This document shows, in pieces, positions 23,896 through 36,100 of a DNA stretch of 64,000 bases. The notes below the pieces were generated by a model. That model was not told where the DNA came from, ran no database searches, and saw only the letters and a list, made by a program, of their open reading frames with translations. Position 1 is the stretch's first letter. Each line of letters begins with the position of its first letter. Source of the DNA: Azolla caroliniana (Eukaryota > Plantae > Polypodiophyta); the NCBI GenBank assembly GCA_043228905.1, contig JBHGNT010000003.1, forward strand, positions 23,374,001 to 23,438,000, in the 5' to 3' direction. The position numbers and the translations under genes are program-made.

Positions 23896-26568
23896 ATGTC
23901 TTCTTCTACAAGTAGAACATCTCTTTTTTCTATTGCCCCCTTTTCATTGTCAGACAACTCGTATTTCTCAATAGAAGAGTACGACCACAAAAAACATTCG
24001 CGGCTTAAACAGAAAAGTGTGGCTCCTAGTACTTCGAATTCTCTGTTTTCAATTGATCCTGTTGATGGCCCTCTTCATGCAAGCTTACAAGCGGACGATT
24101 CTTCGTCGATAGATAACAATAGCATTACTAAACCTCTAGCATTTAAAAGAGTTCCTCGACAAGTTAGTGAAAAGAGATTTAATTTCTTATGTTCTGATCG
24201 TCAACTTCTATGCGACTTGAACAAATCGTGTTGTGCGAATCTCTGTCTATCAACTTATGGAAAGTCAAGGTTACGTGAAACACGACAAAAATACTTGTCG
24301 CTTAATGGGGAAGAGCAAGATACATTTCTTCTTTCGCATATGCAACTTAAATTGGATCACAAAGCAGGGCCTAATTCAACGCAAGTTGAATATTTCCTTG
24401 GACTATATACCAAGTGTTGTCGAGCAGCTTTTAAAATCACTCATAGCATTGGAAATATGCGGCTGCAACGAGTTCAAGAGCGACTTGTGAAGGGCTCCTG
24501 GGTACAGTTCGATCAAAATGGTTCTGGATGTAAGGGTCAAATTGGGCAACAGGCAATTAGGTGGATGGAGGTATATTTTTCAAAACAATGCGAAGTTATG
24601 CCAACGACAGGAAGACTTCATTTGTCAGATAACTTTACTCGAAGGGAAGTTTACCAATCGTACAAGGACGACATGTCTTCCGATGTTGAGCCTTACATAC
24701 AGTACAGGCATTTTAATCGACTATGGAGGTTACAATTTAATAACGTGGTTATCCCACGAAAGGTGCGAACGGGAGTCTGCTCAATATGTGCGAGTTTAAA
24801 AAGTATGGCCAAGGGTGGAAAATCAGATGTAGAGATCAAGAATTACAAGAACCTGTTAAAAGAACATCGTGAAAGTCAGGCATTGGAACGTACTAAGGCT
24901 ATGCATCACCGACAAAAAGCGTTTCAATCTCCCGAAAAGTATATGTGCATGATTATTGACGGCATGGATCAAAAGAAAACTTGTTTGCCGCATTTTCAAA
25001 GACTCCCCAAGGATATTGGAGATGAGTGTCTCGTGCAAATGCATCTAGTGGGTTGTTTGACATACTGTCAAACTATAAGACCGCAAGTGTTCTTAACTTA
25101 TCCCAATATCCACAACGACCCTAATCTTACTGTCACTGTCATGCACAGGGTATTGCAATCATGGTCAAGTATACTCCCGCCAGTTCTATATGTGCAACTA
25201 GACAACACAGCAAGAGAGAATAAGAACTCAACTGTCTTCGGCTATCTAAGCATGCTAGTAGAGAGGGGCATATTTAAAAAGATAAAGGTTAACTTCTTGT
25301 TGGTTGGTCATACCCATGATCACATAGATCAAATGTTCAGTAGGTTCTCAAAGAAACTTGCTCGATGTAATGCTTTCACACTTCCCACGCTATCCAAATT
25401 GATTAGTGAAGCATATACACCAAAGCCTGAAGTACAACACTTGGAAGAAGTATACGACTTTAAACGTTTCTGCATGGATAGTGACGGGACTAAAGGTAGG
25501 GTGCTTGCACCTCTTAATAATATAAGTTTCAACCATGTCTTCCTCATAAAACAAAGATCGGCCCACCTGAAGATGACGGTGTTGTTTGCGAAACAATACT
25601 CATCTAGTGCACAATGGGAGCCCCAAGAAGGTTGTAGGTTCCTTCTTCATATCCCAGATGAACCTCTACATGGTGCACAACAAATGCCATATGATGATCG
25701 TAAAAATGTAGCACCAAATAGTACTATTGATGAACAAAGGGCATATTGGTTGAGATGTCTAGCAGAGAAACAAAATAATATTGATCAGACTAAGAAGTAT
25801 GCTGGTGATGAGGATGTCGAATGGTGGGAGATTTTCTTCACCCATCAACGCACCATTTTAGATAATTACATCGCCGGTTTATGGCCAATCCGTGTCCCAT
25901 TCACATGGAACATTGGGATGACATCAACGATATCGCAGACTCATCACCAACAATCGAATAATATGGAGCTTCATGATTTAGTTCGGCCACTGCAAAGAGA
26001 TATTTATGTGGGACCAAGAAAGTCACGTACTATTGAGGCATGATGGCAAGGTAATTTGCAAGAACTACAAGTGGGAATGTTGGTTGCAACATTAGCAGGG
26101 GACGATACCTTGGGCCATCCATTTTGGATTGCAAAAATTATTGAATTAGTAAGGGATGAAGAAAGTAGTCAGACAAAGTCAATAGTAGTCCATTGGTATC
26201 AGACAAATTCAACTGATGCATTTACAGGAAAGTATTCTTTAGAGATGGTTAAGGATGTCGGATGTTCAAGCAGAAAGAGAAGAAGAAAGAATATACCGAG
26301 CACGGCTACTCTCGCACTAGACCGTGTTGACATACTAGTATATGACTTCTCATTGACAAAATCAGGTCATCTAAGACAAGCAACTATCAAGATAATAAAG
26401 GAGAAAATCCCAAACATGGTGTCAAACGAAATACAGAGAATAACCAGAAGCAATTCTCATAACCACAAAGATGTTGGGTTGGAATTGGATGAGGATAATG
26501 CTTTGATTGCCACTGATGATGAGGATGAGACGTCAGAATGCTCTTCTAGTCCATCAGACATGTCTTAA
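23896..26568 (+). pseudogene. Sola-like (RNase H-fold, DDD) transposase with C-terminal BAH/SH3-like domain; one in-frame TGA at 26041-26043
   Basis: Motifs CCRAAFK..HSIG, GVCSIC, IIDGMDQ, QLDNTARENKN and FLLVGHTHDHIDQMFS. ORFs 23896-26043 and 26056-26568 share a frame (EA*WQGNLQEL), 890 aa in total. C-terminal part reads LQVGMLVA..PFWIAKII..VVHWY. Confidence 0.75.
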
Positions 26569-26894
26569 TATATTGGTTTGGTTCAAGCTGGGGATTGTTT
26601 TACTACATGATCGGAAACTTTGTAAATTTGTTTTGGATGTAAACTCACAAATATGTATAATTGTAACTGGTAGACATGTTGTACATTATTTTGTAATTTT
26701 GGTGATGTATTTTTGGAGGCATTTTACTTATGACTCAAAGTGGTAGTCATGTTGAAATTCAATATATTTTGCCACCTTTTCTAAAAAGCTTTACGCATGC
26801 GTCGTGTCTTTTTGAAAACTGTGTGCTTTTGTGCCCTTTTTTGACGTAGTGTTCTCATAATGCGACATATTACCTGTTTCAAATGACCCGGTGT

Positions 26895-28032
26895 TTGAAG
26901 ATACTGAGTGATCTTGGAATGCCAAGTCCATGGCGCTTTCTTAAGGCCGTAGAGTGGTTTCTTTAGTCGACACACTGTTGTTGGATGTGTGCTCGATTTG
27001 AAGCCGGGTAGTTGTACCATGTATTCGACTTGAAGAAAGGCATTCCTGACATCCATCTAATGGAGGTGCCACCCTTTCACTGTTGCAAGCGCTATCACTG
27101 TCTGCACAGTGGTCATCTTTGCCACCGGGGCAAAGGTCTCTTCATAGTCGACTACATGTGTCTGTGTGTATCCTTTCGGTACGAGTCGAGCTTTATAGCG
27201 GTTGATAGTGTCGTCAGCATTATACTTCACTTTGTAAATCCATCTACAACCGATTGCCTTCTTGTGAGATGAGTGAGGAACAAGATCCCATGTCTCGTTC
27301 TTGCATAGTGCCTGCATCTCCTCATTCATTGCTTCGACCCATCGTAGATCCTTGGCTGCTTCGGAAAAACTTTCCAACTCTCAAATAGCTGCCACCTTCA
27401 TCATAAAGGCATAGTGGTATGCCATATAGTCATTGTAGCCGAATCGGCTAACGGGATTCTTTTCTCGAGTGGAGCAACGGAGTTTTTCATTTCCCAATGT
27501 GAGTGCTTTTTTAACTGTTGCCAAGCAATACATCACTCGGCTTGCCGCTTGCTCCCATGTTGAGTAGTCGGCATCCTTTGGGTCAGGTTTGTTTTCTTGT
27601 GCTCATTGAATGTAGCCCCAATTGCCTTGGCCGACAAGGTATTGGTGCATCTTGTACTCCCAAGATGCAAAGTTGTTTCTGTCCAACTTCTCTCTAGGGA
27701 GACCACTCCCCATTTGAGTATTCATTATGTCGATGAAGATTTCCTTCTTCTTCTTCCTTAGACACAAGCTATGTAGTGTCACTACGATAGCAAATAGCCG
27801 GATTTTGTCGTTGGCGTATCGAACACACAACCACTATGAGTCAGGTGGGCTTAGTGGATATGCTAAACCGCGCACTTTAATACCATTAAAAGAATCGGAT
27901 ATGATTGTGTGCAGTGGAAGAGATATGTGTGTGTACACAACCACTATGAGTCGGGTGGGCTTAGTGGATATGCTAAACCACGCACTTTAATACCATTAAA
28001 AGAATCGGATATGATTGTGTGCAGTGGAAGAG

Positions 28033-28074
<42 letters not shown>

Positions 28075-28325
28075 AAAAAGGAGAGGAGAGGAGAGAGAGA
28101 CAAGATAGATCAAGAAATGAAGTACTCAAGAATATGTATATTAACAAGGAGAATATCAAGTACAAAAATGTAGCATTACAAGGGAGGATAACCGACACTT
28201 TATCAAGTAGGAGGAGGGTGGTTTATATAAGGTCACCCTCTCTCTTCATTAACTTACTAAAACACCCACTCTCTCTTTAGAGCTATAGAAGCTCCTAGGT
28301 CATGGAGAATGTTGAAAATCATTAG
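26895..28325 (-). mobile_element. Internally deleted Ty1/Copia element (5' LTR, PBS, gag start, RT fragment)
   Basis: gag EKLDRNNFASWEYKM; [45 protein letters not shown]; degenerate tRNA-iMet PBS TGGTATTAAAGT (27995-27984). The far LTR boundary is approximate. Confidence 0.85.
27825..28044. repeat. 110-bp tandem duplication spanning the Copia PBS/LTR junction
   Basis: ACACAACCACTATGAGTC... starts at 27825 and again at 27935. Confidence 0.9.
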
Positions 28326-29471
28326 TTATGTGTCATAGAATATGATTCTATGACACATAGTTAATGTGTAGAGAGTAGTGGTGACTTTTGACCTTTGAGT
28401 GCTCATATATTCTAAAAGGGTGTGTTCACACACTAGATTAGGTTGAGCTTGATTCTCAACAAGGAGTTCAACCACATTGTCCAAAATTGGTATTGCATCT
28501 GGGTTAGCTACACTAGAGCCCCAATGAAACTGGTCACGATCTTGTGGTAATTGTTCCTGTCTTGAACCTGCAGTAGCGTTCACTGAGCCAACACCTGCAA
28601 CCCCATTACCAAGCAAAGTTCTCACCATATTTGATTGCATGTTGTCTCTTCCAATCCTAGACTTTGCTTCAGCAGACGACCCCTCCGACAACCTTGACGT
28701 CATGGTCGAGACAATAACCATAGCATCTGTAGTTCCTGCAACAACTGCCTGTCCACTTGATGCTAGGGTAGCAAGAAAATATGCAGGTAACTCCGTTGTC
28801 TTATTTCCCTGTTTGCATGGTGCCAAATCAGCCGCACATGTGGCGGTTGGTTCAACAGCCACAAGTGATGAAGGCAAGGATACATGGGGAGAGGAAGGTA
28901 AGGAAGCATGAGGAGAAGAAACTTGAAGAGTTGAGGCATGAGGCGACCTGCATGCACACCTGTAGAGGCAGCCACAAGAGCGGCGACATTATTGGTCGTG
29001 TGCAATGACACAGAGGCAGGTGCGACAGAGCGGTTCATCTCAGAGTTCATAAATCTAGACATCAGAGTGTTGATAGAGCTCTTTTTGGGTTTTTTTCTTA
29101 GTTTTAACTTTTTATTATTTTCTCTTGAGTACCATGAATATTATTCTCAATGGTAGGGAACATGGTTGTTACCACTAAAACCCTATATCATAACATGGTT
29201 CGGCATTCCCAAAATGTTCAACCCCTTCATAACGACATTTTTGTTAATAAAGTGGGGAATAATATCGATTCTTTGTATGTCATGATACATATGAAAGGGA
29301 ACTAGTATGTCTCAACAAATTGAAATGGGTGATTGCTGTGTCACGAGACATAAAACATTTGGAAATGAGAATGTAATTAATGATAATGATTGTGCTTTTT
29401 TCCCTATCCCATCTTTTAGACATTATAGTGGATGGCTTACTTAGCATATCATTGGACACTATTTGAGTTAC

Positions 29472-29673
29472 TATAATTTCCCTAAACATCTAGAAGGGAA
29501 CAATTTGTTTACATATTTGGGGATGTGGTACTCATGCTTCACAAAAAGATCTCCCTTAATAATATTTCCATTATAATTTCCCTAAACATCTAGAAGGGAA
29601 CAATTTGTTTACATATTTGGGGATGTGGTACTCATGCTTCACAAAAAGATCTCCCTTAATAATATTTCCATTA
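29472..29673. repeat. 100-bp perfect tandem duplication
   Basis: TATAATTTCCCTAAACATC... at 29472 and 29572. Confidence 0.93.
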
Positions 29674-29732
29674 ACAAATGGTTTGCACGATTAATAGAAT
29701 GTCCTTTATATGGAGAAAATTTATTGGTTTTT

Positions 29733-30231
29733 TTATGTGTTTTTTTCCACAAAAGGCGCTACTCTCCCATTAATTAGGAGAGTTTTTTAAAGAAAGGCTA
29801 TACAATGTGGCTGCACAACTCACAACAAATGTATTGGTTGTGTCGTCTGTTAAAAAGAGACTCATATATAAATCGGGGTATCACCCCCCGGTCGAGTTCC
29901 AAAATATGAGAAAGCAACTATAGCTACGTACATATCCTCTCATATTGTCTGTTTAATTTAAGTAGGTACCTAGAACTATAAAACATGTTTTCAAAAATAG
30001 TGACATCCATCGTCGGTTGGCACAAACCCAAACCCTTCCCCCCACCCCCTAGAGGAATTGATCATAGATATTTGGTTCGTGATTATTAGTTGCCATCTAG
30101 GGCACTTGGGTGAGGTTTGTGACCGCCCCGACGATATGGTCACTGCCCACTTAAATTTTTGGCCGAAATAGAGCACGTTAATGGTGACGCGGGGAGGAAA
30201 CAGCCCAAGGTGGAACTACTAGCCCCCTCAT
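29733..30231 (-). mobile_element. 5'-truncated and 5'-inverted LINE copy
   Basis: ~29740-30045 matches the LINE 3' UTR (~8200-8430) in reverse, while ~30055-30230 matches ~7990-8165 in forward orientation. Confidence 0.75.
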
Positions 30232-30803
30232 TGGCTGAAATTTATAGGTATTTAGTCGAATTTCCATAACAAATGGTTTTTTCCAATCCTTGGTATGAAG
30301 CACAAATGTGGATATGCATCCATCTTTCAACAATAAATTCTACTAATGTGATTATATACAAGAGTGTATAAATGAAATTGATAAACCTAGCCTACATGGA
30401 GAATAGTGCTTGACCCTATGTGGGGCCTTAGAATATGTATGAATTTGCCTGACAATAGTTATGCGAACAATACCATAAGTGTGAACTACTATGTCCTTTC
30501 TTTGCTTGAAACAACATAGGATATGAAGCAAAACCATGTTACCTCGTTTGACCTTAACGTGACGATGATTGCATGAGAGTATATCATTTGGAGGTCCTCA
30601 CCAAGCTCACATTGGCATACATACATGTGAACTAAGTCTGATAAGTTTATATTGAACACGTTATTCAACTTTGGCAAAGTTTAGCTTTAATGGTACTCAA
30701 GGAACATACCTTTCAAACAGACACTTAAACACGAAGTAAGATAATATTGGCTCCATAAGTAAATCTAATGAGACACATTGATATATATGGACAATATATG
30801 AGT

Positions 30804-30877
<74 letters not shown>

Positions 30878-31945
30878 ATATGGCACATGCTAATAAGCTA
30901 ATGAGTTTTCCATATCCTAATTCATATAATTTATTAATGATTCCTAGAAGATCTTTAAGTGCATCTCTAATCTTGACTCAAGTACACAATACATCTATCT
31001 TATATGTTAATTATAAGTGTGTCTCAAGTTCGAATCATCCGCGAATCACATTGACAAAGACATCCTCATCAACATTCATAGCACCACAACCCATAACTAA
31101 TAGTTACAAAACCCCACTATTGCCTATCATGTAATAATTCATTTGCTAGTCAAAGCTCTATAATTGGGGCCCTTTAAAGATTTAGTTCAACTGTTTTTTA
31201 ATTTCGTTTTTATTTTCATTTTAATTATAACTTTCTTCTTTTTGCCTAGCGTCAATGGGGGATCAAATGTCATGGCAATGGAGTTATGTAGATTCCTTGC
31301 TCTATCTTGGGTGAAAGTGTATGTAACAATAAATAATCTAAATCATTGTACTTATCACGTTTACTACTCTGTAAATCATGATTAGTGCATGATTATACTA
31401 ATGGCAGTTTTAAATAATGTAAATCAATCCATCATTCATGCCATTATCCATAACATTCACAAATAGTGATCGTTTGGTGCCTTTTGTTTGATGACATAAG
31501 TAATGATGGGAATGTTAAATAACCTCCAAGCAAATCAATTGTATTCAAATGTATAATGCTAAGAGCTATGTTTCAAAAAAGGTTGTGGAACTTGGGGCAT
31601 TGCATCTGGCGATTACCACGTACACTATCAAGCTTCGTAAAAGGAGAAGCAAAAACCATCGCAACGGTTGAAGGTTGGGCAAATTTGTGACAAAGTATCC
31701 TCATGCACACTTTTCCAAAATATACTAGTGCTTCAAACATTTTGTTTTTTCTATTCTCTATCTTCTTAAGGGCAAACATATATAACGGTTCCTTTGTCAC
31801 TAAGAAAATAACACCGTCTGAAGAAATCCATTACTTTACCCCTAAAACAACATATTTAAAATCTTCAAATTTGGAGTCATGATGGCTTATTAGTGAACTT
31901 ATTTTTATTGTACGACTTCGTATAATTTGTGGTTGACAACTACAG

Positions 31946-33137
31946 AAGAAATAGAGAATGTAGCGGAGAAAGTGAAGCAAGGTGCTAACATTGTTGAGAA
32001 AATAGCCAAACAAGTAGAAAAAGTAGCTGAAATTGTCGAAGAGGGTGCCGATAAAGTTGTGGAAAAGGTACACAAATTTGGACTTCACTTGCAAGAACAC
32101 AATGGGAGCGCATTTTTTTCACCAACTTCATGTTACTTTGTACATATGCACTTGCAAACATGCACTTGCTTGTGGATATACATTACATATGCAAGTTGCA
32201 CAATTTACCAACAAATAAATCACTTATCAATCATTTATCATTTCCAATAATGGCTTTAGGTTAAGACTTAAACCCTAACATCTACAACATTGAGGTACAC
32301 ATTCGTGGAGATCATTTCAGCCTTGTGCTAACCGAGATCGTGTAATCCATAACTTCCTTCCCGAAGTTCCCTTTAAATAATCAAAATTTACACTTGAAAA
32401 TTTCAAGAGCATGCAAAATGATAGTCCAAGACAGTTTTGAGATTTAGGTTATCCCAAAGCACACAAACCGCATGGTTCACCTTTATATAGGACTTTACGA
32501 GTCTACTTTTTACATACCAAGGATTGAAAACTCAAGGACCATACAAAATAAAATATTTCCATAAAATATAGCTCTATAAATTCATTATTCACAACCCAAG
32601 GGCAAACATAATTCCATTGCCCAAGGAGACAACCTCTAATTCTTCAAAGAAAAGGCACAATACCATTTGACAACCCTAATGTAAATATATATTTTTAAAT
32701 CTTGATTGATTGCTCTAATATAATGTGTTATTCAAGAGTATTGGTGTGAGAAAGTAATTGATGATACAACCATATTTGTTAAAATGCCGTTTCTTTCATA
32801 TAATTATAAAGTCTTCACAAGTTCTACCTTTATATGCCCCATAGTTTAGAAGTGGAACCATGTTTTCCTTAAATATGTGTTTGTCATACTATTTGAAATA
32901 GTATTCCTTCAAGTATCTTATTTAACCATTTGTTATTTTCTTGAAGTACAGTCTCAAAAACCAAGGGAAAATGTGAGCGAAGAAATTCACGAAGTTGAGG
33001 GAGATTTTAAAAAGTCGAGCAAGCAAAGTAAAGAGATCGTGGATAGGCATGATCAGAAACGTGATGACAACACGAGCAAACCTCTTCATATTATATGTAG
33101 CACCACCTATCATGCTCTCCCTTTAGCAACAACATAA
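31946..33137 (+). CDS. Probable exons of a small plant coiled-coil protein of unknown function (5' exons not resolved)
   Basis: AG/GT-bounded exon 31946-32067 (EIENVAEKVKQGANIVEKIAKQVEKVAEIVEEGADKVVEK) splices in frame to 32952-33137 (SQKPRENVSEEIHEVE...). Confidence 0.5.
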
Positions 33138-36100
33138 CAATTCTTCAAAGAAATTTCAAGAATGAAACTGAAGCATGCATTTGACTGCTATGATGTTTCC
33201 ACATTGCAAGCCTAACCACAATATATGACTTCTCCATTTGAAGATTACAAACGTTACTTTTCCCACTTTTGAAGTGACCTTTGTTATATATATATCATAT
33301 TCTCTCTTTTTTTATTGCACTCACTTTCCTATTTGAAGGATAGGAACATTACTTTGACCTTTTGAGATTTGGTATACAATTACATTATATAAGAGCTACG
33401 TCTTATTTTTTTAATTTGATTTTAATGGTTACATGACAATTCACAATTTTTAGTATATTTCAATGAAACATGATAACTAGACATGTGAGAGCAAAAACTT
33501 ATGGTTTATTGCTTAAGTTACAAGGCAAGGAGAGATGCATGGATCCTTACAATTCATTACCATTACCTTAAGAAAGCAATGTAAAAGCGTTTATTCATTC
33601 CTAGTAGGCATATATTGGGAGATTGTAGCACATAGTGTGACGAGAAATGTGTGCAAGTTTTAATTCCATTTATTAAAGTTTGTGGTAGGATGGATATTAA
33701 AGGCAACACGTCCATAGAGTCATTCACCAAGTACTATTTTGTTACATCATGCTTCGCTATGTTATTTTAAATGTATCCAATACATTTTGGAGCTCACAAA
33801 GCATGTGTCAAATACCCATTCGTGGTAAATTTGGGTGAATGCATGACCTATGATAAGGAAAGAAGATGTATGTATGATAATAGGACACGATACTACAGTC
33901 TACAGTATCAGAAGTTGAGATTGAAAGTTGGGGGTGTGAGAGATGATAGTGGCTTTATATATCCTTCTTTTGGTACTCTTTTCTTGCTTTATGTATTCAC
34001 ACCAAATTTTATGTGAAGGCATGGAATCAGGTTAGGTTGGACTACCTCCAAAATATCTTTGTAATATTAACTTCACGACAAATATTATCATCTCATTATG
34101 CAATTTGTAACTATTGCACTTGCAACCTTTGTCACGAACACAACCATTGGAAAATACTCCTTTAAGAACAAAACCTAACACATCAAAATGTCAAAATGAC
34201 AAATATGTATCAATGTCATCCATATGAATTCTAGAGAGGATAAAAACTTTGGGGTTCTAAAAAATCCATGCAAGGTCAAAAGGAAATGAACTTGGTTAAG
34301 AATGTGTGACAAGTTATCAAACTTTTCTTGGTTACCTCTAGTTATCTATGTCCGTTAAGAACATCGCAAATTAACCAACAATAGGAAGTTGAATACTAAT
34401 ATTTTTGCTTTCAAAGTGACCATCCTCTCCATATCCCCTTATAAACTCCAATACATGTTTAATGATATGTTACTATTAAAATTATTGAATTGAAACCCAT
34501 CAAGGAATCATTTAGGAAATTATATATCTAACATTTGTCTCATGAATTTGCGCGAGGAATTTCATTATATGAATTTGTGAGTGGAATTTGATTGTATGTA
34601 TACTGGATGCACTTCGTGAGATCACTATAAAGACGTGGATCATAAATTTAATGCAAACATTTAAATTTGGGGTCATGAATTTAAGTTAGAGATCCTTGCA
34701 ATACATTAAATTTCAAGCTCATTGGAACTTGAGCAATTGGTGAGTTTTTTATATTGTCCACACAAATGCTATCAGTACAATCGTCGTTTATAGGCTAGAC
34801 TCTAGCCTACGAATAATGGGGAGGACACATTGTAATGTAAGACATGTGTAGGTGGGAATTTGACATCTAAATCAGCCCAACAATGGAGAAATTGCCAACG
34901 TTCACTTGCACTACAATTACCACAATTGCTAAGATTAAGGTTTTTAAAGGAAAAAGAGGAAATGAATACGTGGATGGTCAACTTCATAAAGAAAAATCAT
35001 TTTCTCACTTAATTCCCTCTTACAAAGTGGCCCATGAATGGCCTTACACTAATTGACATTGTAGATAATTTATCAGGAAGATTCCTAAAAACAAATAGTG
35101 GAGACAAATTCTAAGTTAGTTTCTTAGTCCAATTCTTGTTTAAATGCAATACAAGTAACCGAAAAAATTGGCTAAAGTATCGAAGATGCCAGATGGATCA
35201 TAGCAGTTTGGAAACTCCAATTCTTCTAGCTAAGAACAAACAAAAAATTGAAACATTCACCCTCCATGAAAATAGATGAGACATGGTGATATAGGTGTAG
35301 AACTAACCATTATTAACCCTCTTGATCTAATATAAGCCATTGAGCGAATCTAAGTAGAGTTAAAAACTTGGAAACCATTTTCTTGTGGTATGCGAAAAGT
35401 CAAAATCCACATCGAAAATGGTAGGTGGTGGGGCATTCAAACCACATCAAGAATCAAGACAATGGAAAAGTGGAGGTTTTTGTGACAGACATGACCATGG
35501 TAGAATTTACAAGCATGTCACATCAGGGGCTTTGGCATCAATGCTTTGACATTGCACCAACTAAATCGATAAAAGCGTATATGGTATGAAGTTGCTTGAA
35601 TGATTTCATTGCTATGCCTTGTCTTATTTCATTTGAGTCACTTTTTAATAGCTTGATGAGACGCACTTTGTCTTCTTGTAAGTTTTTCTCAATAGGTACA
35701 TAACATTGTTAATGATCAATCAAAAATTTGAAAACTATACTATTAGTTACTTAAATGTAAAGTTAGATATCTCATGTCTTATTTGGCTTTCACCGTATAT
35801 TATTATAACAAACAACCCTTGTATATTAGACATCAAGACAAATCATTCTTCGGTCCCTCTAACTCCTCACCCACCTATATCACAAATGCTCTTATACCTA
35901 AACCAAGGAACAATTACTTGGGCCACATACATTCGTTGTCAAGTTTGACCCAAATCGAACTTGGTAAGGAAGTCTCCAATCTAAGGGGAACAAACATCGG
36001 AGGGAGAAATATTTATTTATAATTATGATTGATTGTTGATACTCAAGAGTCACATTGTTATTTTTTTAAATTTTAAGAGTTTCTCTAATCACCATCTTAC

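Larger units (their letters stand above)
22088..26893. mobile_element. Putative Sola-like DNA transposon carrying a divergent DNA amino-methyltransferase gene; left end missing
   Basis: AT-rich block between a Gypsy breakpoint (22087) and a Copia RT breakpoint (~26895). It holds a transposase and a methyltransferase head-to-head. No matching left TIR was found. Confidence 0.6.
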
